Shown: positions 1 through 6,504 of the stretch, one piece after another
Position numbering within the stretch: the stretch's first letter is position 1
Layout: each line of letters starts with the position of its first letter
Source of the DNA: Archangium sp.
Lineage (GTDB): Bacteria; Myxococcota; Myxococcia; Myxococcales; Myxococcaceae
NCBI GenBank assembly: GCA_003249315.1
Contig: QKJM01000968.1
Coordinates: forward strand, 1-12,609
DNA length: 12,609 bases
Direction: 5' to 3'
Translations under genes and position numbers: made by a program
Notes under the pieces: model-generated
What the model saw: only the letters and a program-made list of their open reading frames with translations
Databases searched by the model: none
What the model was told of the DNA's origin: nothing

Positions 1-703
1 CCAGACCCGCTCCATCGGTGCTCATCCGAGTGAGGAGGGACACCAACGCGTCCGCATCCTCCTCGGACAGGCGCCGGGTGAGGATGAGACCATCCGACAA
101 CGTGGACTCGGTGAAGAGGAAGGGGCGCAACCGACGCTCGTCGAGCCCCACATAGGTGGCCAGGCTGGCCCGCAGGGAGCACTCGTCCGGGTGGTTGGCG
201 AAGAGCGCCGCCACGTCCGCCTCCCCGGAGAGCACCGCATCCAGCGCCTTGCGGTACGTACCGTGGAAGCGCTGCTCGCGGAACACCTCGTCCGGGAACA
301 TCCCCCGCGACTCCAGGTGCCGCACCGGCAGCAGATACCCGCCAGTGGAGCGCGGAGCCACCCAGGCCACACGCTTTCCCTTCAGGGTCTCCAGGGTGAG
401 CGGCTCCTCCGCCCGACACACCAGCGCCGAGTGGTAGTACCAGCTCCCCGAGCGCACCGATCGCAGCACCGCCCGCGCCCGCGGCTCGAAGGCCGCACAC
501 TGCTCCGCCGTGCCCCAGGCCATCTCCACCCGACCCGCCGCCAGCTCCTCCTCCAGCAACTCGTAGGTGGGCGCCAGCTCCACCACCACCGGCCGCCCCA
601 TTCTCTCGGACAGCACCCGCCCGAAGAGATCGACCTTGACGTGCTCCCGCACCTCCCCCAGCGAGGGGTAGAGCAGGAATCGGATGGGGCTGGATGAAGA
701 CAT
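1..703 (-). CDS. Partial CDS (N-terminal ~234 aa; continues beyond the left edge). Cytoplasmic PhnD/SsuA-like periplasmic-binding-protein-fold domain protein (phosphonate-binding-type PBP2 fold) with no signal peptide.
   Basis: Hand translation of the minus strand from ATG at 703..701 gives MSSSSPIRFLLYPSLGEVREHVKVDLFGRVLSERMGRPVVVELAPTYELLEEELAAGRVEMAWGTAEQ...GKRVAWVAPRSTGGYLLPVRHLESRGMFPDEV...ALFANHPDE... with no stop down to position 2. It is missing from the ORF track because it has no stop in the window. G/C at third codon positions is very high. A GGAGGA Shine-Dalgarno (complement of 715-720) lies about 11 nt upstream, and an in-frame GTG at 706..704 is an alternative start. Pattern resembles the Phosphonate-bd/PhnD family. 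No N-terminal hydrophobic signal sequence. Confidence 0.6.
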   Translation of the reverse strand, partial: MSSSSPIRFLLYPSLGEVREHVKVDLFGRVLSERMGRPVVVELAPTYELLEEELAAGRVEMAWGTAEQCAAFEPRARAVLRSVRSGSWYYHSALVCRAEEPLTLETLKGKRVAWVAPRSTGGYLLPVRHLESRGMFPDEVFREQRFHGTYRKALDAVLSGEADVAALFANHPDECSLRASLATYVGLDERRLRPFLFTESTLSDGLILTRRLSEEDADALVSLLTRMSTDGAGL

Positions 704-757
704 CACGTGTGCGGTCCTCCTCGCCCCCTGTGGCGTCAGAGACCCGGTGTCTCGATC

Positions 758-836
758 GGCTTCACACCCTGCCACATCCTTCGCATTTTTCGCACACTTT
801 TCACGTTTCACCGGGAAAGGCTGAATTCACACCCTT
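758..836 (-). promoter_or_regulatory. Lower-GC spacer between the giant-ATPase stop and the PBP-like gene start. Carries several short direct repeats and is a candidate independent promoter/operator for the PBP-like gene.
   Basis: Plus-strand repeats: TTCACACCCT at 761-770 and 826-835; TTCGC at 780-784 and 789-793 (9-bp spacing); TTTCAC at 799-804 and 806-811 (7-bp spacing). Local AT content is markedly higher than the window average. The spacer is 171 nt on the coding strand between the stop at 872 and the start at 703. Confidence 0.3.
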
Positions 837-871
837 CCCTACACGCACGAAGCGCCGCACGCGCCCCTCCC

Positions 872-3800
872 CTAGCGAGGCTGCATGGTCTGCAGGAGTT
901 GCAGCGCCTCCGTCACCGCCTTCCAGACCTCCATCGCCTTGAGGCTCTCGTCCCCACCCTGGAGCGTCCGCTTCGCCAGCCGCTCCAGTGGCTCGAGCGC
1001 GCTCTCCACCAACAAGAGCTGCTTGCCCAGCTCCGCCGGGAGGGGCGCGCCTCTCGGAGCAGGCATCGGCGAGCGATCGGCCATCAGCTTCATCGCTTGC
1101 GACATCTGATCCATGTAGCGCCCCAGATCCGCCGGAGGCACCGGCGCCTGCGTCGCCGGCCGCTCCGCCACCGTCCTCACCACCTGCGTCAACTGCTCCA
1201 TCAGCGGCGTCAGATCCGTCGTCGACGCCGCCGGTCGATCCGAGAGCGCCTTCAGCAGGTGCGCCAGGTGCTTCAGGTAGGGCGTCAGATCCGGCCCCTG
1301 CACCACCGGCGCCGGCAGCTCCCGACTCGCCAGCTCCAGCAACGCCTCCCTCAGCCCATCCAACCTCGGCGTCACCTCCGCCATGGGGGGAGGCCCCTCC
1401 GACTTGCGCGACACCTCCGCCGCCCGCACCACCGCGTCCCTCACCGAGCCAAGCTGCTCCTCGATGGCTCCGAGCTGGCCCGTCACCCGAGCCACCGGAT
1501 CATCCTCCTTCCCGCCCATCCTCTTCACCCGCGCGAAGCCCTGCTTGATCTCCTCCCAGCGCTTCGCCTGCTCCGGCTTCAGCCGCCCCCGCAGCTCCTG
1601 CAGCTTCAGCAGGTTCTGCTCCGCCGCCGTCGTCAGCGTCTGCGACTCACCCTGGTAGTGGTCGTCGAGGAGCCGCTCCAGCTCATCCTCCGTCATGGCC
1701 GCGACCACCTTCTCGGTGATCTTGCTCATGTTGCGGTAGCTGCCCTGCAGCTTGAAGGGAGGCTCCGTCCGGAAGCGATCGTCCTGCGCCGCCGAGGCGA
1801 TGTACTCCAGGTTCACCTTCAGCAGCACCTCCTGCACCTTGAACAGCCGCTGGAACACCGCGACGATCTCCTGCAGCTCCGCCGCCGCGTACCCGTGCGA
1901 CAGCTCACCACTGGGCACCTCCTCGCCCTTCGCCATGCGGATCAGCTTGTAGATGTCTCCCGGCTCCCGCGTCGCCAGAGGCTGCAGCACCGCGCTCGAC
2001 GTCAGCGCGTTCTCGACGTAGCTGAGCGCGAACAGCTCCTCCTTGCCGTCGAGGATGTCACCCAAGTTGTAGGTGTCCGCGCGGTTGGCGAGCATGTCCG
2101 GAATCCGGAAGCGATCGCCCGTCTCCGTGTATGGGTTGCCCGCCATCACCACGCAGAACTTCTTGCCCCGCAAGTCATACGTGCGCGTCCGCCCGTTCCA
2201 CACGCCTTCGATCCGGCGCTGACCGTCGCACAGCGAGATGAACTTCTGCAGGAGCTCCGGATCCGTGTGCTGGATGTCATCGAGATAGAGCATCACGTTG
2301 TTGCCCATCTCGAAGGACAGGTTGATGCGCTCCACCTCCTGGCGCGAGGTGGCGTTGGGCGCCTCGGCCGGATCCAACGACTTCACCGAGTGGCCCAGCG
2401 CCGGGCCGTTCACCTTCACGAAGGTGAGCCCCAGCCGGCTGGCCACGTACTCCATCAACGTCGTCTTGCCGTAGCCCGGAGGGGACATGAGCAGCAGCAT
2501 GCCCATCCGGTCCGTGCGCTTGCCCTCCCCCGCCGCGCCGAGCTGCTTGGCGAGGTTGGCGCCGATGAGGGGCAGGTACACCTCGTCGATCAGCTTGTTG
2601 CGCACGAAGGACGAGAGCACCTTCGGCGTGAACTCCTCCAGCCGCAGCTTGCGGCGCTCGCGCTCGAGCAGATCACGCAGCAGCGCCCGGTACGCGTGGT
2701 AGGCCGGCACGCGCTCCTGCCGGAAGGCGCTCAGCCTCTCCAGGAACTCGTCCAGCCGGAGTGACAGCGTCCGGTCGTGGATGCGCGGGTGCTGACCCAG
2801 CAGCCCCGTCACCTCGGTGGAGGTGAGCGCGCCGGCCACCTCCCGATCCACCTTGCGCTCGGTGAGCAGCACCACCGCGGCCTCGGCCGCCACGTGCCCG
2901 GCGGAGCCCGGACCGCCCTCGCGCCGCGCCAGGAACGCGTCCACCCAGGCCCGCACCACTCGCACCCGCTCGGGCAGGTTCTTCGCCAGGCCCCGCATGT
3001 CCTCCTCGAAGGCCGAGCGCGTGTTGGAGCGATCCAGGTGCGCCAGCAGCGCCTCCGCGAGCGCCGACGCCTCCCCGCTGGTGGTGAAACGAGGACGCTC
3101 CACCCCGAGCTCCTCCACCAGGTAGCGCCCGGCCAGCCGCGCCTCGGCGGGGCCATGCGCCACGCCCGTCGCCTCGAGGAAGGCGCCGATGCGCCCGCCC
3201 AGCTCGTCGCCCAGGGCCAGCAGCTCCGCGGCCTCGCCGAAGGCCTGGCGCAGCCGGTGCAGGCTGCGCGCCCGCCGGTGGAAGAGCGCCTTGCCCTCCG
3301 CGTCTCCGTCGAAGGCCCAGAAGAGGACCGCCCAGGCGCGCGGCGTGGGAGCGAAGCGCAGCAGCCCCGCCCCCGTGTGCATGCCCAGCAGCTTCTCCAG
3401 GATGGCCGCCGCGTCCGCGTCGTGGATGCCGCGCTCATAGCCCTCGTCGTACTTGTCCGAGGCGTACGCGCGCACCTGCTCCAGCAACCCGTTGCTCTCC
3501 AGCGACGCCTGGTGCAGCGCCGCCAGCGTCAGGCTGCCCTTCCCCTCCTCCGCGGCGAACAGCACCTGCGCCGCCAGGTACTCGGCCCGGTACACCTCCG
3601 GTATCTCCGAGACCAGGTGCTGCTCCCAGAGCGCGCGGTACTTCTCCAGCTCCGGATCCTCCAGCTTCTGCGCGTAGTCCGTGCCGGTGAGCTGCATGTA
3701 CAGCGCCCCGTCACGCGGCAGCAGCGTCAGCTCCAGCGTCTGCGTGTTGACGTTGAAGCGGTGCTTGCCCAGTTTGATCACCGGGGCGCCCGAGCCCTCC

Positions 3801-6364
3801 TCGAAGAGCTCCTGCCTGTCGCGAAGCGCGCGCAGCGCGTCCTGGCGCGCCGTCTTCAGCCGGCTGAGCACCTCGTCCGAGCGAACGCTGTCCTGGAGCT
3901 CCAGGAGCTGATCGGCGAGCTGCCGCAGCTTCTGCACCATGGAGTCGGACGCGAAGTAGGAGTTGAGCTCGTCCTCGGCCTTGAAGGACTTCGCCCGCCG
4001 GTTGACGCCAGAGAGGATGCGCTCGGCGGCCCCGAAGAGGTTCTGCGCCCGCCTCTGGCGCTCGTCCAGCAGCGTCTGCTTCTTCTGCCCGAAGGCCTCG
4101 AAGATCTCCTCGCGCTTCTCCGTGAGATCGCCGAGGAACTCGTCGAACTCGCCGAAGCGGCCCTCCATCTCCTCGAGCTGGACGGTGATGCGCGAGAGGC
4201 CCTCGTCACACTTCTCCGGGGTGTCCGCCACCGAGAGGGCGCTCTCCACCGCCTGGCCGAGCAGCTTGAACTGGGCGCCGAACTCCACCCGCTTCTCGCG
4301 GCCCACCAGCTCCTTGCGCTTGACGGAGAGGCCCGCGCGCACCCGGTTGAGGCGACTGAAGAGCTCGGAGATGCCCTCGAGGATGCGGGCGCGCGCCAGC
4401 GGATCCCCCACCTGCAGCCCGCCCACCGTCTCGCTCAGCCCCTCCAGCCCCTTGCCCACCTGCCCGACGTCCTCGCCCAGCGGCTCCAGTTCCTGCGTCG
4501 TCTGGATGGGCTCCAGCTTCTCCAGCAACTCCTCCAGCCGGGTGGCCAGCGGCGCCAGGGCCTCCCCCTGTTGGAGGAACTGCACGGCGTCGGTGCTGAC
4601 GCGGTCCGTCTCCTCGACGACCTGCTTCTCCAGGGCCTCGAGCCGCGCCACGTCGACGTAGCGCACCTCCTTGAGGGTGATGAGGTGGCCGCGCTGCTTG
4701 CGCAGCTCCGACAGGGCGTTCATGTAGCCCTCTGCGTTCTGCAGCTCCTCGGGCCGCACGCGCAGCAGCACCTTCTCCTGGGCCTCCGAGGCCTCGGCGA
4801 TGGCCTCCTCCGCCCGGCTGCGCAGCGCGAGCACCTTCTCGAACTCGTCGATGATGAGCTCGGAGGTTCGGTGCAGCGTGGAGATGGACTCGGTCAGCCC
4901 CACCTCCTCGTGCGAGAGCCAGTAGTAGGCGTCCGGCATGCGCGTGGCCGCCGAGGCCAGATCCTCATAGGTGCGCCGGGAGGGCTTCTCCGTGCGGGCC
5001 ATCCGCACCAACGTCAGCGCGTCGGAGATGCCGCGCACCAGCTCCGCGTTACCCACCTTCCCCAGGTAGCCGGGCGCCGGAGGCTGCTGCGCCGCGTGCT
5101 CGTCGGAGAAGAAGGGCGTCTGCCACACCTGCATGGGGTGGACGCGAGTGGGCTCGTTGGAGGTGGCGCGGAAGAGCGCCAGTTGCCCGTCATCGAAGAT
5201 GCTGAAGCCGTGCCCCAGCAGCGGGTTCTGCACCTCCTTGCGCACCAGGTTGTACGGGAAGAGGACGTAGCTGCCTTCGTCCCTGCGGTGGAAGACGTAC
5301 AGCACGTCCTCCCCGTTGGGCGACTTGAGCGCCCGCTTGAACTCCAGGCCGTCGCCCACGTCCTCGAAGAGCTTGTAGTCCCCCGTCTGCAGGTAGTAGC
5401 CGCCCGGGAAGACGATGCCCTGATCCTCCGGCAGCCGCACGCACGCATGGCCGATGGCGTCGATGCGCACCACGTGCTGGGTGCGCGTGTTGAACACCAG
5501 GTAGCGGTGCTTCTGCTCGCGGAAGGGCAGCACCCGCAGGAGGATGAGGGCCCCCACCTTCGCGTAGGCGAACTCGGCGTCGTCCAGCGATTGATCCGGA
5601 TCATCCACCGGCTCGCGGTAGATGCCCCGCCCGTCCGCGGTGTTGTCCTCCACCTTGACGGTGAGATCGCCCTTCACCGTCTCCACGAACACCTGATCCA
5701 GGATGTTGACGTGGGGGTGCTCGCCCAGGACGTAGTCGTCCCGCGTGGCCACCGTCCACTCGAAGTCATGCGACGGCGGGAAGACGTGATCGCGCTCGCC
5801 CTGGTTGTCGATGTAGGAGGCGTTGCCCTCCTTGTCGAGCGAGAAGCGGAAGACCTTGATGTCCCGCAGCGACTGGCCCGTCTGGAAGATGGCCAGCAGC
5901 TTGTTCTTGTCGCGCCGAAGCTGCAGGAGCTTCGCGTCCTTGTAGTACTTGTAGAGTTCGCCGAAGTCCTTGACGAAGCGCGGATCCTGCAGGAAGCCAC
6001 CCGCCTCGGTGGTGGGAACCTCGCCGAAGTCGAAGCCCTCGGACGTCCGCTCGAACCTGTGCAGCGAGAAGACGTCCGCCACGGACGTCTCCTTCTTCAG
6101 CCCGATGAAGACGTTGTAGCCGAAGAGCAGGTACTTCCCGATGTTGACGATGTCGCGCGGGACGCAGTTGTTCTCCGTGCGCACCCGCTCGTTGCCGATG
6201 ACGGCGAGCTCCGTGCCTCCGAAGAGCTTCTTCCGCCGCTCGTTGAGATCCGTGGCCTTCGCGCCGAGCGTCTCCGCCTGCGCCAGCAGGCGCGCGCGGA
6301 TGACCTCGTAGCTACCGCCTTCCAGCGTGGCCTCTCCCGCGGGCGTGGGGGTTTCTGTTGCCAT
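872..6364 (-). CDS. Giant (~1830 aa) soluble multidomain protein with an N-terminal beta-rich ~480-aa region, a long alpha-helical/coiled-coil middle region, and one clear AAA+ ATPase module of the AAA_5 / MoxR / McrB-like type at about residues 1290-1450. A ~350-aa helical, Pro-containing C-terminal region follows.
   Basis: ORF track gives 872..6412 minus, 1846 aa. P-loop LLLMSPPGYGKTTLMEYV fits the xPPGxGKT AAA consensus. Walker-B-like NVMLYLDDIQHT parallels the hhhhDEINRA motif of AAA_5/MoxR. CVVMAGNPYTETGDRFRIPDMLANRA parallels the MoxR sensor-1/Arg region NPxExxGxxxLPxAxxDRF. No TM segments or signal peptide. Preferred start is ATG at 6364..6362 (MATETPTPAGEATLEGG...). The track start at 6412 is a GTG preceded by GGGAGAGGGA, which lies inside a hairpin. 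TAG stop at 874..872. Confidence 0.8.
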   Translation of the reverse strand: MATETPTPAGEATLEGGSYEVIRARLLAQAETLGAKATDLNERRKKLFGGTELAVIGNERVRTENNCVPRDIVNIGKYLLFGYNVFIGLKKETSVADVFSLHRFERTSEGFDFGEVPTTEAGGFLQDPRFVKDFGELYKYYKDAKLLQLRRDKNKLLAIFQTGQSLRDIKVFRFSLDKEGNASYIDNQGERDHVFPPSHDFEWTVATRDDYVLGEHPHVNILDQVFVETVKGDLTVKVEDNTADGRGIYREPVDDPDQSLDDAEFAYAKVGALILLRVLPFREQKHRYLVFNTRTQHVVRIDAIGHACVRLPEDQGIVFPGGYYLQTGDYKLFEDVGDGLEFKRALKSPNGEDVLYVFHRRDEGSYVLFPYNLVRKEVQNPLLGHGFSIFDDGQLALFRATSNEPTRVHPMQVWQTPFFSDEHAAQQPPAPGYLGKVGNAELVRGISDALTLVRMARTEKPSRRTYEDLASAATRMPDAYYWLSHEEVGLTESISTLHRTSELIIDEFEKVLALRSRAEEAIAEASEAQEKVLLRVRPEELQNAEGYMNALSELRKQRGHLITLKEVRYVDVARLEALEKQVVEETDRVSTDAVQFLQQGEALAPLATRLEELLEKLEPIQTTQELEPLGEDVGQVGKGLEGLSETVGGLQVGDPLARARILEGISELFSRLNRVRAGLSVKRKELVGREKRVEFGAQFKLLGQAVESALSVADTPEKCDEGLSRITVQLEEMEGRFGEFDEFLGDLTEKREEIFEAFGQKKQTLLDERQRRAQNLFGAAERILSGVNRRAKSFKAEDELNSYFASDSMVQKLRQLADQLLELQDSVRSDEVLSRLKTARQDALRALRDRQELFEEGSGAPVIKLGKHRFNVNTQTLELTLLPRDGALYMQLTGTDYAQKLEDPELEKYRALWEQHLVSEIPEVYRAEYLAAQVLFAAEEGKGSLTLAALHQASLESNGLLEQVRAYASDKYDEGYERGIHDADAAAILEKLLGMHTGAGLLRFAPTPRAWAVLFWAFDGDAEGKALFHRRARSLHRLRQAFGEAAELLALGDELGGRIGAFLEATGVAHGPAEARLAGRYLVEELGVERPRFTTSGEASALAEALLAHLDRSNTRSAFEEDMRGLAKNLPERVRVVRAWVDAFLARREGGPGSAGHVAAEAAVVLLTERKVDREVAGALTSTEVTGLLGQHPRIHDRTLSLRLDEFLERLSAFRQERVPAYHAYRALLRDLLERERRKLRLEEFTPKVLSSFVRNKLIDEVYLPLIGANLAKQLGAAGEGKRTDRMGMLLLMSPPGYGKTTLMEYVASRLGLTFVKVNGPALGHSVKSLDPAEAPNATSRQEVERINLSFEMGNNVMLYLDDIQHTDPELLQKFISLCDGQRRIEGVWNGRTRTYDLRGKKFCVVMAGNPYTETGDRFRIPDMLANRADTYNLGDILDGKEELFALSYVENALTSSAVLQPLATREPGDIYKLIRMAKGEEVPSGELSHGYAAAELQEIVAVFQRLFKVQEVLLKVNLEYIASAAQDDRFRTEPPFKLQGSYRNMSKITEKVVAAMTEDELERLLDDHYQGESQTLTTAAEQNLLKLQELRGRLKPEQAKRWEEIKQGFARVKRMGGKEDDPVARVTGQLGAIEEQLGSVRDAVVRAAEVSRKSEGPPPMAEVTPRLDGLREALLELASRELPAPVVQGPDLTPYLKHLAHLLKALSDRPAASTTDLTPLMEQLTQVVRTVAERPATQAPVPPADLGRYMDQMSQAMKLMADRSPMPAPRGAPLPAELGKQLLLVESALEPLERLAKRTLQGGDESLKAMEVWKAVTEALQLLQTMQPR

Positions 6365-6415
6365 CGTCAGTTCACCGGGATGGGTTGGAACCAGGAATGC
6401 GAGCACCCTCACCCC

Positions 6416-6460
6416 GTCCCTCTCCCAGAGGGAGAGGGGTTCTTCCCTCGGTGGAGGGAC
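6416..6460 (-). other. Two tandem GC-rich stem-loops in the 140-nt flotillin-to-ATPase spacer, with no U-tract. Possible RNA stability/attenuation or processing element; not a canonical intrinsic terminator.
   Basis: Perfect 9-bp inverted repeat CCCTCTCCC (6418-6426) / GGGAGAGGG (6430-6438) with a 3-nt loop, extendable by G-U pairs at 6416-6417 and 6439-6440. Second hairpin TCCCTC (6444-6449) / GAGGGA (6454-6459) with loop GGTG. Neither is followed by a T-run on either strand. Confidence 0.4.
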
Positions 6461-6504
6461 AGGGGCGAGGGTACCGGGACTGCTTGGATCGCCAGGTGAT
6501 CAGA

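Noticed and set aside
22-697. Track ORFs 22..372 (minus, 116 aa) and 191..697 (plus, 168 aa) at the left edge.
   Set aside because: Both are R/S/C/W- or R/H/Q-rich junk frames. The real gene is the unlisted minus-strand frame ending at 703 (PhnD-like), which has no in-window stop.
758-774. Sigma-54-like element TGGCAGGGTGTGAAGCC on the minus strand upstream of the PBP-like gene.
   Set aside because: The GG...GC spacing is off by one relative to the TGGCAC-N5-TTGC consensus, and the -12 element is GAAGC rather than TTGC. Too weak to call.
6418-6438. Strong hairpin as an intrinsic terminator between flotillin and the ATPase gene.
   Set aside because: No U-tract follows on the transcribed (minus) strand. 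Kept only as a possible stability/attenuation structure.
2777-6499. 1240-aa plus-strand ORF (also 707..2764, 685 aa; 988..1548, 186 aa; 3963..4661) overlapping the giant ATPase gene.
   Set aside because: The translations are R/L/Q/H/P-rich low complexity with no motifs, typical antisense shadows of a high-GC gene. The minus frame carries clear Walker A/B and MoxR motifs.
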